DNA from: Clostridia bacterium
GTDB taxonomy: Bacteria; Bacillota; Clostridia; JAAYHZ01
Assembly: GCA_050950825.1 (NCBI GenBank)
Contig: JBMNIH010000009.1
Coordinates: 96,001 to 160,000 of the forward strand
DNA length: 64,000 nucleotides
Reading direction: 5' to 3'
The notes beneath the pieces are model-generated. The model did not search any database. It saw nothing but the letters and a program-made list of their open reading frames with translations, and had not been told where the DNA came from. The position numbers and the translations under genes are program-made. Shown here piece after piece: positions 1 through 10,107 of this stretch (positions are counted from its first letter, which is position 1; each line of letters opens with the position of its first letter).

Positions 1-396
1 GCGTCCTTAATCGAAAGAGAAGCAAAATTGGACAATGAAAGAGAAATTATCAGCGGTGTTATTTACAATCGTTTAAGAAGCAGCGATCCTTCCTTGAACT
101 ATTTGCAAATTGACGCTACCATTCAATACTACTACATCGAGTCGACGGGCAAAGTGAAAGACGTGCTTTTGACGGAAGATACGAAGATTGACCACCCCTA
201 TAATACCTACGTACATCCGGGGCTTCCTCCGGGACCCATATGCAGTCCGGGACTGAGCTCCATTATTGCCGCATTGTATCCCGAAGAACACGATTACTAC
301 TATTACGTTGCTCGCGGAGACGGAAGCCACGAGTTTTCACGGACATATGACGAGCACATGGCAGCCGTAAGAAAATATCAAAATAACAACAGGTAA
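1..396 (+). CDS. mltG: Endolytic transglycosylase MltG (YceG family), 5' end outside the window
   Basis: Frame is open from base 1 (ASLIEREAK...). Motifs LQIDATIQY, PYNTY, GLPPGPICSPG, YYVARGDGSHEFS. Lies upstream of the O-methyltransferase and U32 genes, as in the yrrL-yrrM-yrrO order. Confidence 0.93.
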   Translation, partial: ASLIEREAKLDNEREIISGVIYNRLRSSDPSLNYLQIDATIQYYYIESTGKVKDVLLTEDTKIDHPYNTYVHPGLPPGPICSPGLSSIIAALYPEEHDYYYYVARGDGSHEFSRTYDEHMAAVRKYQNNNR

Positions 397-430
397 ACAA
401 AAACCGTGTTTAATAACCCTTAGGAAGAGG

Positions 431-1111
431 ATGCTTTTCATGCTGGGAAGAGAAGACGATAAAATTGTCGGCAACAAGCTTCGGGAGTATTTGCTGTCTT
501 TATTGCCCGAAGATATCGGCATCTTAAAGGAAATTAAAGATCGCGCTCTGCGGGAAGGAGTTCCGCTGCTGATGGAGGAAACGGCTCGCTTCTTGGAAGT
601 GCTTGTCCGTTTAAAGAAGCCGCAGAGAATCTTGGAAGCGGGTACGGGCATCGGATATTCCTCCATTTTAATGTGCAAAGCTTTAGAGGGAAACGTCCGT
701 ATCGATACGATCGAATCGAACTTTGACTCGGCAAGCGAAGCAAAAAACAATATAAAAAAGGCGGGATACGAGCAACATATTCATGTTATCGTCGGTGACG
801 TTATCGATGTATTTTCCAATCTGCAGGGACAATATGATATGATATTTATGGATGCGGCAAAAAGCCTATACAAAGAAGCGCTGCCTTTATGTACGAGGCT
901 CTTAAAGGAAGAAGGGTTGTTGATATCCGATAACGTATTGTTTAAAGGAATGATTTCGGACCTTGAAGTCGACGTAAAAAAGCATCGCACCATTATCCGC
1001 AGCATGCGGGAGTATTTGGACCTTTTATGTCATGAAGGAACGTACGCGACCTCGTTGATTCCTTTAGGCGACGGCGTGGCGGTATCCTTAAAAAACAAAG
1101 AAAACAGGTGA
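431..1111 (+). CDS. trmR: O-methyltransferase (YrrM/TrmR-like, probable tRNA 5-hydroxyuridine methyltransferase)
   Basis: SAM motif ILEAGTGIGYS, YDMIFMDAAK, LISDNVLFKG; between mltG and the U32 gene. Confidence 0.8.
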   Translation: MLFMLGREDDKIVGNKLREYLLSLLPEDIGILKEIKDRALREGVPLLMEETARFLEVLVRLKKPQRILEAGTGIGYSSILMCKALEGNVRIDTIESNFDSASEAKNNIKKAGYEQHIHVIVGDVIDVFSNLQGQYDMIFMDAAKSLYKEALPLCTRLLKEEGLLISDNVLFKGMISDLEVDVKKHRTIIRSMREYLDLLCHEGTYATSLIPLGDGVAVSLKNKENR

Positions 1112-1118
1112 TTTTTTA

Positions 1119-2354
1119 TTGATTACAACGATTAAAAAACCCGAGCTTTTGGCTCCGGGGGGAAATTTGGAAAAAATGAAAATTGCCCTTCATTACGGAG
1201 CCGATGCGGTATATATTTCCGGAACTCAATTCGGTTTAAGGGCTTATGCGGGCAATTTTACGGAAGCCCAATTGGAAGAAGGAATCGAATATGCCCATGC
1301 ATTAGGAAAAAAGGTGTATGTAACGGTCAATATTTTCACAAGGGATAATGATTACGAATACCTGCCGGCTTACATCCAAAAACTAAAAAAGATGAACGCC
1401 GATGCCGTCATCGTATCGGATCCGGGTCTTGTCTATATGATACGTAATCGGGTTCCGGATATGGAGATCCATTTAAGTACCCAAGCCAATACCACCAATT
1501 CCTATGCCGCGCAATTCTGGGCGGATATGGGGGTAAAAAGAATCATATTGGCCAGAGAATTAACCGGTAGCGAAATCAAGGAAATGATAAACCGTGTTAA
1601 AGGCGTTGACTTTGAAATCTTTGTTCACGGAGCCATGTGCGTTTCCTATTCCGGAAGGTGTTTGCTAAGCAACTACCTTGCAAACCGCGATTCGAACCGA
1701 GGAGAATGTACCCAGCCTTGTCGTTGGAAATATTTCTTAATGGAAGAAAAAAGGCCGGGAGAATATATACCTGTAGAAGAAGACGAAAAGGGAACCTATA
1801 TTTTCAACTCCAAGGATTTGTGTTTGATCGAGCAAATTCCGGAAATCATTCAAATGGGCGTGGCAAGCTTAAAGATCGAGGGACGCATGAAAAGCGCCCA
1901 TTACGTGGGGACGGTCGTTTCCGCCTATCGATTGGCCATTGATTCCTACTGCAAGGACCCTTCAGGATATCGATTCGATTCCTTATGGACGGAGATGTTA
2001 AAGAAGGTCAGTCACAGGCCTTATCATACCGGATTCTTTTACGGAAAGGATCAGGGAAGCCAGATTTACGCCCAATCCACCTATGTTAAGGAATACGATT
2101 TTATCGGAATGACCGAAGAATATATCACCGAAAAAAAGCTTTTACGAATTGAGCAAAGAAACAAGTTTCAAATCGGGGATGAAATTGAAATTCATCAACC
2201 GGACGGAAAATTGATTCACCTAACGGTGACCGAAATGTATAACGAAGAAATGGAATCGATACGGAATGCTCCTCATCCTCAAATGACCGTATATATTCCG
2301 ATGGATCGGCCCGTGCAAAAAGGAAGCTTGATCCGAAGAAAACCCGAAGCGTGA
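1119..2354 (+). CDS. Peptidase U32 family protein (TrhP-like tRNA hydroxylation)
   Basis: KPELLAPGG, HLSTQAN, HGAMCVSYSGRCLLS, RGECTQPCRW Fe-S cysteines, SLKIEGRMK. Confidence 0.92.
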   Translation: MITTIKKPELLAPGGNLEKMKIALHYGADAVYISGTQFGLRAYAGNFTEAQLEEGIEYAHALGKKVYVTVNIFTRDNDYEYLPAYIQKLKKMNADAVIVSDPGLVYMIRNRVPDMEIHLSTQANTTNSYAAQFWADMGVKRIILARELTGSEIKEMINRVKGVDFEIFVHGAMCVSYSGRCLLSNYLANRDSNRGECTQPCRWKYFLMEEKRPGEYIPVEEDEKGTYIFNSKDLCLIEQIPEIIQMGVASLKIEGRMKSAHYVGTVVSAYRLAIDSYCKDPSGYRFDSLWTEMLKKVSHRPYHTGFFYGKDQGSQIYAQSTYVKEYDFIGMTEEYITEKKLLRIEQRNKFQIGDEIEIHQPDGKLIHLTVTEMYNEEMESIRNAPHPQMTVYIPMDRPVQKGSLIRRKPEA

Positions 2355-2393
2355 AGGAAGATTAAATTTGGCTGTCGAAAGGAAGGATAAGAT

Positions 2394-3212
2394 ATGGTGT
2401 GTGATAAAATTGCAATTATCGGTATCGGAAATATGGGCTCGGCGTTAGTAAAAGGAATCGTCCGAAAGGGAATAATACCCTCGGAAAACATTATTCTTTA
2501 CGATACCGATTCGGAAAAAACGGAAAAATTGGCCGAGGAAATCGGCGCTACCGCCTCCTTCGATTTAAAAGAAGCCGTGGGATCAAGCGGTACGGTCATT
2601 CTTTGCGTCAAGCCGAATATCGTTTTAAATGTTGCCGAAGAAATTTCCTCGTATTTGAATAAAGGAACCGTTGTATGCTCCATTGCGGTGGGGATACCGA
2701 TCAGCCGTTACAGAGAGTATATTTCAAACGAATGCGATTTCTTCCGAATTATGCCCAACACGCCGGCTTTGGTAGGAGAAGGCATGTCGGTTATAAGCTT
2801 TGAGGAAGGGACAAAAAAGGATTCCGTGGAACGTGTATTAAAGATATTCTCCTGTGCCGGAAAGACCCAAATTTTAGATGAAAAATTCATGAATCAAGTT
2901 ACGGCTTTAACGGGAAGCAGTCCGGCTTACGTGTTTATGATGATCGAAGCCATGGGGAACGCCGGAGTAAAGTCGGGCATTCCTGCCGATGTTTCCTACA
3001 GATTAGCGGCGCAGGCCGTTTTAGGTTCGGCAAAAATGGTTTTGGAATCCGGCCTCCATCCCGCCGTATTGAAGGACCGGGTTTGTTCTCCTGCCGGTAC
3101 TACCATCGAGGCGGTGGAAGCTTTAGAAAAAAGCAATTTCCGATATGCCTTAATGGAAGCGATGAACCGGTGCACCGAAAGAGCCAAAGAAATTTCCGGC
3201 GGGAAGGGATAA
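2394..3212 (+). CDS. proC: Pyrroline-5-carboxylate reductase
   Basis: IGIGNMG, RIMPNTP, TGSSPAY, VCSPAGTT. Confidence 0.96.
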   Translation: MVCDKIAIIGIGNMGSALVKGIVRKGIIPSENIILYDTDSEKTEKLAEEIGATASFDLKEAVGSSGTVILCVKPNIVLNVAEEISSYLNKGTVVCSIAVGIPISRYREYISNECDFFRIMPNTPALVGEGMSVISFEEGTKKDSVERVLKIFSCAGKTQILDEKFMNQVTALTGSSPAYVFMMIEAMGNAGVKSGIPADVSYRLAAQAVLGSAKMVLESGLHPAVLKDRVCSPAGTTIEAVEALEKSNFRYALMEAMNRCTERAKEISGGKG

Positions 3213-3219
3213 ATCGGTA

Positions 3220-3663
3220 ATGAAAAAAGTGGATATCTATACGGACGGCGCATGCTCCGGAAACCCCGGAGAAGGCGGTTGGGGTGTCGTTTTGATTTAC
3301 AAGGACACCGAAAAGCGAATGTCCGGTTATGAAAAAGAAACAACCAATAACGCAATGGAAATCACGGCTGCCATTAAGGGATTGGAAGCGCTAAAGGAAC
3401 CTTGCGACGTAACCCTTTATTCCGACAGCGCGTATTTGGTAAACGGATTCAACTTAGGTTGGGTACATAAATGGAAAAGCTTAGGTTGGAAAAGAACACC
3501 GAAGGACGAGCTAAAAAACAAAGAGCTGTGGATGCGGCTGTATGAGCTCAATCTGATTCATCGTGTTCGGTTTGTCAAAGTCAAAGGACACGCCGATAAC
3601 GAATACAATAATATCTGCGATACTTTGGCAACGGAAGCCATTGCAAATAAAAAAGGGATTTGA
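3220..3663 (+). CDS. rnhA: Ribonuclease HI
   Basis: IYTDGACSGNPG, TTNNAME, YSDSAY, KVKGHADNEYNNICD. Confidence 0.97.
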   Translation: MKKVDIYTDGACSGNPGEGGWGVVLIYKDTEKRMSGYEKETTNNAMEITAAIKGLEALKEPCDVTLYSDSAYLVNGFNLGWVHKWKSLGWKRTPKDELKNKELWMRLYELNLIHRVRFVKVKGHADNEYNNICDTLATEAIANKKGI

Positions 3664-3673
3664 TCCCTTTTTT
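3649..3673. terminator. Bidirectional intrinsic terminator between convergent rnhA and spoIIM
   Basis: aaaaaagggat-ttg-atccctttttt, flanked by A and T tracts. Confidence 0.7.
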
Positions 3674-4326
3674 TATAATACCGCTTTCAGCAGTACGGGA
3701 CATATATAGGCTTCCATAAAGCAACCGAGGATAAGTAGAATATAGCAGGGGATAAATCCCGTCAAATGGCGCGTTATTATATACTTATCGGGTTCGAATC
3801 CGGAGCTTTTTCTCCTTAAAACTATTTGAATCAAATGGCTGCACAAGGAAACACCGACGACGGCTATGATCATGTAGGCGGTAAGCAGTATCAATTCTTT
3901 CGGTAAAATCAGGCAAAGGATGACGGCGAGGCCCTTTGCTCCGAGGACCTTCGCGGTAATTCCCGCGGTGAAACCGACAATAAATCCTTTTACGGCTAAG
4001 ATTGCATAGATGAAGGGAATTCCGATTACCGATATACTCATAAAAAGCAGCAGTAAAAACACCTTGGTGTTGACGGAAAATGACCGGGCGAATAATGCAC
4101 TGCGATCCACGGTTTGCAAGCCCACCATATTCACAAATCCCGTGAAATAGCGTTCCATTTCAAGCTCCCGGGACGCATTGAGATAATTGGAGGATATACA
4201 TCCGAGCAATATTCCGAATACGATGAAGACAACGGGAATCAGCATCTTTTCAAAGGGTATGTCAAACATACGCAAAAACCGAAGAATGAGAGTATTCATG
4301 AACTTGTTTATTTTCATATCCTGCAT
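3673..4326 (-). CDS. spoIIM: Stage II sporulation protein M
   Basis: Multi-TM protein with IGIPFIYAILAVKGFIVGFT, LILPKEL and FMEAYICP; adjacent to xerD as in the conserved spoIIM-xerD neighbourhood. Confidence 0.85.
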   Translation of the reverse strand: MQDMKINKFMNTLILRFLRMFDIPFEKMLIPVVFIVFGILLGCISSNYLNASRELEMERYFTGFVNMVGLQTVDRSALFARSFSVNTKVFLLLLFMSISVIGIPFIYAILAVKGFIVGFTAGITAKVLGAKGLAVILCLILPKELILLTAYMIIAVVGVSLCSHLIQIVLRRKSSGFEPDKYIITRHLTGFIPCYILLILGCFMEAYICPVLLKAVL

Positions 4327-4364
4327 GACTATTGACCGTCCCTTTGTCTTTTTTCTTTCTTTGT

Positions 4365-4393
4365 ATCATATGAATAAAAGAACCTATCTATGA
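4365..4393 (-). promoter_or_regulatory. Putative sigma-E promoter of spoIIM
   Basis: Minus strand reads TCATA-N16-CATATGAT upstream of spoIIM; spoIIM is sigma-E controlled in B. subtilis. Confidence 0.55.
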
Positions 4394-4495
4394 ATGAAAA
4401 GCATAAAATCCGTTTAAATTCGTGTTTTACGGTTATAAATATCCATGGGGTTACATAAGAATGGTAATGATTTTAAATATTATCGGTGGTGTATA

Positions 4496-5329
4496 ATGAT
4501 CGGTAAATACGTGGACGACTACATGGACTACTTGCATGTGGATAGAAATTTATCCGCAAACACAATCATGTCGTATAACAGAGATCTTAAAATTTTCTTC
4601 GATTACTTGGCCCGATGCGGTATTCACGATCCCGAAAAAGTGGACAAAAACGAATTGAAAAAATACTTAAAGGAAATGAGGGGAATGAAAAAGTCCGATG
4701 CAACCATATTGCGCTACATCGCTACGATCAAGTCCTACTACTCCTACTTAATCGATAACAACGTATGTACGAAAAACCCGGCATCGGATCTCGATACCCC
4801 GAAATTGGAGAAAAAGCCTTTGGTGACCATTGACGAAAACAGCATGCTGAAAATCATCAATACCCCGGAAAAGGAAACGGTCAAAGGAAAAAGAGATCGA
4901 GCCATTTTGGCAACGTTGTATTACTCCGGAGTCCGGGTATCGGAATTAATAGCTTTAACTACCGGACAATACGATTCCCAATCCGGTATAATTACCATTA
5001 GCGGTAAAGCACCTAGAAAAGTGAGTATATCCCGTTTGTGTGCCGAGTATTTGGACGATTATCTGACAAATGCACGGCCGAAAATCGTGAACAGTCAAAC
5101 GGGTGATACGTTGTTTCTCAACATGAAGGGTAACGGAATGACTCGGCAAGGTCTCTGGAAGATTATTAAATATTATTGCAAAGATATCGAGAGCGAATAC
5201 GAGATTACGCCTCATACCTTCCGCCATTCCATAGCCGCCAACATGCTGATGAAAGGAGAAGACATACATCGTATCAAAGAAATGCTGGGGCATGCGGATA
5301 TATACTCCACGAAGATTTACCGCAAATAA
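4496..5329 (+). CDS. xerD: Site-specific tyrosine recombinase, XerD/RipX-like, C-terminally short
   Basis: LSANTIMSYNRDL, RDRAILATLYYSGVRVSEL, MTRQGLWKIIK, TPHTFRHS, LGHADIYSTKIY. ATG 4496 follows a ggtggtg RBS. Confidence 0.82.
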   Translation: MIGKYVDDYMDYLHVDRNLSANTIMSYNRDLKIFFDYLARCGIHDPEKVDKNELKKYLKEMRGMKKSDATILRYIATIKSYYSYLIDNNVCTKNPASDLDTPKLEKKPLVTIDENSMLKIINTPEKETVKGKRDRAILATLYYSGVRVSELIALTTGQYDSQSGIITISGKAPRKVSISRLCAEYLDDYLTNARPKIVNSQTGDTLFLNMKGNGMTRQGLWKIIKYYCKDIESEYEITPHTFRHSIAANMLMKGEDIHRIKEMLGHADIYSTKIYRK

Positions 5330-5348
5330 CGGAATTTTGTGAGGAATT

Positions 5349-6683
5349 ATGATTCGGGATATCATCGCGAAAAAAAGAGACGGTAAAGTGTTGACGAGCG
5401 AGGAAATCGGTTTTTTTACAAGAGGATATGCCGACGGATTCATACCGGATTATCAAGCCGCGGCACTGCTGATGGCGATGTATATAAACGGGTTGAACGA
5501 TGAAGAAACCGGATATTTGACCGAACACATGGTCAGATCCGGCAGCACGGTGAATTTAAGCGGAATAAAAGGTGTTAAAGTGGATAAACACAGTACCGGC
5601 GGAGTAGGGGATAAAACGACCTTGGTTGTTGCCCCTATCGCTGCGGCTTCCGGGGTCTATGTTCCGAAAATGTCCGGAAGAGGCTTAGGTCATACCGGAG
5701 GAACGATAGACAAGCTGGAGTCAATTCCCGGTTTTAAAACCTCTCTTACGCAAGAAGAATTCATTAAAGTCGTAAAAACCGTAGGCTTTTCCATCATCGG
5801 ACAAACGGAAAATATCGCCGTTGCCGATAAGAAAATCTATGCGCTGCGTGATGTCACCGCAACCGTGGATTCCATACCTTTAATAGCATCCAGTATAATG
5901 AGTAAGAAGCTGGCGTCGGGATGCGATTGTATCGTTCTGGATGTGAAATTGGGCTCGGGAGCATTCATGACGGATATTAAAAATGCATTGAAGCTGGCCA
6001 AAACCATGATTTCCATCGGCGAGAACGCGGGAAAACGAACCGTTTGCCTCGTAACGGATATGGACGTACCTTTGGGAAATCATATCGGCAATGCCCTTGA
6101 AGTGATGGAAGCCATAGAAACCTTAAAAGGCAACGGCCCGAAGGATTTTACCGAACTATGCATACATATTTCAGGAGCCATGATATATGCCGCCGGAAAA
6201 GCCGATAATTTTGATTCCGCAAGAGAAGCGGCTCGAAAGAGCTTGGAGAGCGGAATCGCATTGAAGCGCTTTCGAGATTTTATTTACATGCAAGGAGGAG
6301 ATCCTCGCGTCACGGAGGATTATTCTTTGCTTCCTGCGGCAAAAAAATATAGGGATGTGTTATCCGACGGGGAAGGATTTATCCGGAGAATGGACTGCAA
6401 AAAAATCGGCGTTGCGTCCATGGAATTGGGAGCCGGAAGAAAAGACCTTTCGGATACAATTCAGCTTGGTGCAGGCATTCGATTAAACAAGAAAACGGGT
6501 GATTTCGTAAACAAGGGGGAAGTCTTGGCTGTCCTTTACTCCGATGACGAGGAAAAATTGGATAAAGGGGAAGCTTTGTTGAAAGAATCGATCCGATTCG
6601 GTTCGGAACCTCTTCCGAAAAGATCGATTCTTATTGCTGCGGTAGATGCGGAGAAAACCGAAATGTTTTCATACCCGGAATAA
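5349..6683 (+). CDS. pdp: Pyrimidine-nucleoside phosphorylase
   Basis: VDKHSTGGVGDK, KMSGRGLGHTGGTIDKLE, YALRDVTATV, SIMSKK. Confidence 0.96.
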   Translation: MIRDIIAKKRDGKVLTSEEIGFFTRGYADGFIPDYQAAALLMAMYINGLNDEETGYLTEHMVRSGSTVNLSGIKGVKVDKHSTGGVGDKTTLVVAPIAAASGVYVPKMSGRGLGHTGGTIDKLESIPGFKTSLTQEEFIKVVKTVGFSIIGQTENIAVADKKIYALRDVTATVDSIPLIASSIMSKKLASGCDCIVLDVKLGSGAFMTDIKNALKLAKTMISIGENAGKRTVCLVTDMDVPLGNHIGNALEVMEAIETLKGNGPKDFTELCIHISGAMIYAAGKADNFDSAREAARKSLESGIALKRFRDFIYMQGGDPRVTEDYSLLPAAKKYRDVLSDGEGFIRRMDCKKIGVASMELGAGRKDLSDTIQLGAGIRLNKKTGDFVNKGEVLAVLYSDDEEKLDKGEALLKESIRFGSEPLPKRSILIAAVDAEKTEMFSYPE

Positions 6684-6765
6684 GTTGAATCGTTAGCTTA
6701 CATCCGTGTATAATAATAACGATAATAGTACGAGTCATCAAATTCATCTTTGGGGGGTTTTATAT

Positions 6766-7965
6766 TTGAAAAAGCTGTTGTCAATTTTCCTTGTTTTTAT
6801 TTTGGCATTGCTTCCGTTTTCCGTTTTTGCGGAAACCGATCCGGATTCCTTCGATATGGCCGTTGTCAATGAAATCATGAAAAATACCGACATTTTCAAC
6901 TTAAAAGCTCGAAGCGCCATATTAATCGATGCGAAAACGGGAATGGTTCTGTATGAAAAAAATGCCGACGATCGTCTTCCTATCGCCAGCATAACCAAGA
7001 TCATGACATCCGTTATTGTGATGGACCATATTAAAGAAGGAAAACTAAATTACGATGATATGGTCACGGTTTCCGAGTATGCGTACAGCATGGGGGGTTC
7101 TCAAGTCTACTTGGAACCGGGAGAAAAGTTTACGGTTCGCGAATTGATCGAAGCCGTGGAAATCCACTCCGCCAATGACGCGGCGGTAGCGCTGGCGGAA
7201 AAGATAGCGGGCAGTGAAGATGCCTTTGTCCTTATGATGAATAACAGAGCCAAGGAATTGGGTTTAAAGGATACCGTTTTCAAAGATTGCACCGGCTTGA
7301 CCGATGAAGGACATTACAGCACCGCAAGGGAAATTGCGAAATTTTCCGCGGAACTGATTAACAAGCATCCCGAGATTTTGGAGATAACCACCACGCAATA
7401 CAAGGAGTTTCGCCCGGGACCGAATTATATTGCCATGTGGAATCGGAATCGCTTAATCTGGTTTTACAACGGTGCCAACGGCTTAAAAACCGGTTTTACC
7501 ACGGCGGCGGGCTACTGCTTGGTAGGCAGTGCCAAAAGAGAGGACTTGCAGTTAATCTCGGTGGTGCTAGGGGAGCCCAATAACAACACCCGTTTTGCCG
7601 AAACGGCAAAGCTGTTGGATTACGGTTTTTATAATTTCGAATCCGTGGATATTATAAAAAAAGACGATTATGTGAAAACCGTGGAAGTAAAAAAAGGCGT
7701 TAAGGATTCGGTGGACTTGATTTATGCGGACGATTTTTCGTATTTGATTGACAAGTCCAAAAAAGATAAATTGAAAATCGATATTGTCACCCAGGATACT
7801 TTGACGGCACCGGTAGAAAAAGGTACTATTATCGGATATGCTCGGATTACCCTTGATAAAGAAGTAATAGGGAATGTCAACATTCTGACTGCCGATACGG
7901 TGGAAAAGGCGTCTTTCTTCCGATTGTTTATTATGATGATCAAAGAATGGTTGACCTTTAAGTAA
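6766..7965 (+). CDS. dacF: D-alanyl-D-alanine carboxypeptidase (DacF-like, peptidase S11)
   Basis: Signal peptide, SxxK (ASITK), SAN, GLKTG. TTG 6766 follows a gggggg RBS; downstream of pdp. Confidence 0.85.
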   Translation: MKKLLSIFLVFILALLPFSVFAETDPDSFDMAVVNEIMKNTDIFNLKARSAILIDAKTGMVLYEKNADDRLPIASITKIMTSVIVMDHIKEGKLNYDDMVTVSEYAYSMGGSQVYLEPGEKFTVRELIEAVEIHSANDAAVALAEKIAGSEDAFVLMMNNRAKELGLKDTVFKDCTGLTDEGHYSTAREIAKFSAELINKHPEILEITTTQYKEFRPGPNYIAMWNRNRLIWFYNGANGLKTGFTTAAGYCLVGSAKREDLQLISVVLGEPNNNTRFAETAKLLDYGFYNFESVDIIKKDDYVKTVEVKKGVKDSVDLIYADDFSYLIDKSKKDKLKIDIVTQDTLTAPVEKGTIIGYARITLDKEVIGNVNILTADTVEKASFFRLFIMMIKEWLTFK

Positions 7966-8011
7966 TAGGTGAAGATGACAATGGAAATACAACGAGAGGA
8001 TTTTTTGAAGA

Positions 8012-8674
8012 ATGAATAAGCTTTGGAATGCCGTTTCGGATTTGGTCTATATGATTCCGGTGGTTTTGTCCCTTCCTTTTCATGAGTTCGCGCATGCGTT
8101 TGTGTCATACAAATTGGGAGACCCTACGGCAAAGGAGCAGGGAAGGCTGACGCTAAACCCCTTGAAGCATTTAGACCCTTTAGGGACGCTCCTCATGTTT
8201 TTGGCTCACATCGGTTGGGCAAAGCCGGTACCCATAAATCCCCTGTATTACAAGAACAGAAAGCTGGGAACCCTTTTGGTGGCTTTGGCAGGTCCCTTTT
8301 CGAATTTGCTTTTGTCTTTTTTATTCAGCATATTTTTAGGGATTTTGAATGTCTATTTGTTAAATCATGACCTTAATGGGTTTACCATTGCCTTAATCAA
8401 TATATTCTATTTGTTTATTCATGTAAACGTGTACTTGGCCATTTTCAACCTCATACCCGTTCCTCCGTTGGACGGGTCTAAGGTTTTAGGCGGGATACTG
8501 CCGGATCAGAAATATTGGTCGTTTTTGCAGTATGAACGAACCATCGGTTTAATCTTCCTTCTCGTTATTATCTTTTTCCGTGCCCAATTCTCGATGGTTC
8601 TGAATTTCATCGCTTCGCCGATTATCCGTGTTGTTATGAAGGCCGGATTCGGTTTGGTGGATCTTTTTGCATAG
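8012..8674 (+). CDS. Site-2 protease family (M50) membrane metalloprotease
   Basis: HEFAH, GRLTLNPLKHLDP, ALAGPFSN, FNLIPVPPLDG. Confidence 0.93.
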   Translation: MNKLWNAVSDLVYMIPVVLSLPFHEFAHAFVSYKLGDPTAKEQGRLTLNPLKHLDPLGTLLMFLAHIGWAKPVPINPLYYKNRKLGTLLVALAGPFSNLLLSFLFSIFLGILNVYLLNHDLNGFTIALINIFYLFIHVNVYLAIFNLIPVPPLDGSKVLGGILPDQKYWSFLQYERTIGLIFLLVIIFFRAQFSMVLNFIASPIIRVVMKAGFGLVDLFA

Positions 8675-8759
8675 TGAAAGATATTTCCTTACTGCACCCT
8701 CGTATTGACTTTTTTTGCATGAGCCAATACAATAATATGGAAATTTCCATGGAGGCTTA

Positions 8760-9569
8760 ATGATTTTGCAGGTATCGGAACAAACGGACAATCCTGTTCT
8801 GTTAAAACTGAATAATTTCGAAGGTCCTTTTGAACTGCTGTTTCATCTCCTTGAAAAGAACGAGATGGATATTTACGATATCGACATCAATGCCATCGCC
8901 GATCAATATCTCGAATATTTATCCGGAATGGAGCGGCTTGATTTGGACATTGCCAGCGAGTTTCTTGTTATGGCGGCGACGCTGTTACATATTAAGTCGA
9001 GAATGCTTTTACCGGATAAAAAAGTGCAGGAGGATGAAGAGGAACCGGATCCGAAGGAAGAATTGGTTATTCGTTTGTTGGAGTATAAGAAGTATAAGAC
9101 GGCGGCTGAAATATTAAAGGATAAAGAAGAAAAATGGAAGGACTGTTTCTATAAAGTACCGGAAGCCGTCGAATACCGAAGAGAATACGAAAATACTCCC
9201 ATGTCGATATCGGACTTGGCGGATGCGTATCGATATTTGCATCAAGCCTTTGTTAACAAGAGCAATAAAAATCGAAAGAATATCGTATCTCTTCTAAAAC
9301 ACGAGCTTTATTCCGTAAAAAACAAGCTGAAGGAAATTACGGAGCTGTTTCGTAGAAAGAAGGAATTTAATTTTAATCGAACATTCGATTTGCGAAAGCG
9401 CCACCGTCTGGATGTCATTTCCGGATTTCTGGCCGTATTGGAATTGGCGAAATTCCACAAGGTGACGTTAAACCAAAGAAATATCAACGACGATATTATT
9501 GTCAGAAAGGTCGACGATATTAAGCTTACCGAATTGAAAGAGATTATGGAAGAATCGACGGAGGTATAA
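8760..9569 (+). CDS. scpA: Segregation/condensation protein A
   Basis: FEGPFELLFHL, ASEFLVMAATLLHIKSRMLLP, FLAVLEL. Confidence 0.95.
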   Translation: MILQVSEQTDNPVLLKLNNFEGPFELLFHLLEKNEMDIYDIDINAIADQYLEYLSGMERLDLDIASEFLVMAATLLHIKSRMLLPDKKVQEDEEEPDPKEELVIRLLEYKKYKTAAEILKDKEEKWKDCFYKVPEAVEYRREYENTPMSISDLADAYRYLHQAFVNKSNKNRKNIVSLLKHELYSVKNKLKEITELFRRKKEFNFNRTFDLRKRHRLDVISGFLAVLELAKFHKVTLNQRNINDDIIVRKVDDIKLTELKEIMEESTEV

Positions 9570-10102
9570 TGCTGGATCAAAAAACGATTGAAGGCATCAT
9601 TGAAGCCATGCTGTTTGTACACGGGGATCCTTTGCCCTTATCAAAGATATGCGAAGCCATAGGGATGGATGAATCATCCGTTTATGCCATATTGGAAAGC
9701 ATGATGAAAAAATACTCGGCTTCGGACCGAGGGATTCAACTTCGTAAAATTAAAGACAGCTACCAATTTTGTACCAAGCAAGAGTATGCATCTTATGTGT
9801 CGAAAATCTACGTAAAGCATATCAGTCAAACTCTTTCGAATGCCGCCTTCGAAACGCTGGCCATTATTGCATACAACGAGCCGGTTACGAAAGCGACCAT
9901 AGAACAGATACGAGGTGTATCCAGCGACAGCTCCGTAACAAAGCTTTTGGAAAGAAACCTGATACGAGAAGCAGGCAAGCTGGATGCGCCGGGACGCCCC
10001 GTACTCTACGAAACCACCGAAGAGTTTCTTCGCTGTTTCGGCCTATCAAGTCTCGACGAATTACCTCCGGTCGATACCCTGTTGAATGCGGATAAAAAAT
10101 AG
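9569..10102 (+). CDS. scpB: Segregation/condensation protein B
   Basis: IEAMLF, LSNAAFETLAIIAYNEPVT, IEQIRGV, PGRPVLYETTEEFL. Confidence 0.96.
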   Translation: MLDQKTIEGIIEAMLFVHGDPLPLSKICEAIGMDESSVYAILESMMKKYSASDRGIQLRKIKDSYQFCTKQEYASYVSKIYVKHISQTLSNAAFETLAIIAYNEPVTKATIEQIRGVSSDSSVTKLLERNLIREAGKLDAPGRPVLYETTEEFLRCFGLSSLDELPPVDTLLNADKK

Positions 10103-10107
10103 CTTTT

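Noticed and set aside
4496-5329. Tyrosine recombinase as the integrase of a mobile element
   Set aside because: It sits in the conserved spoIIM/pdp/dacF chromosomal context of xerD, with no att repeats, tRNA or cargo genes.
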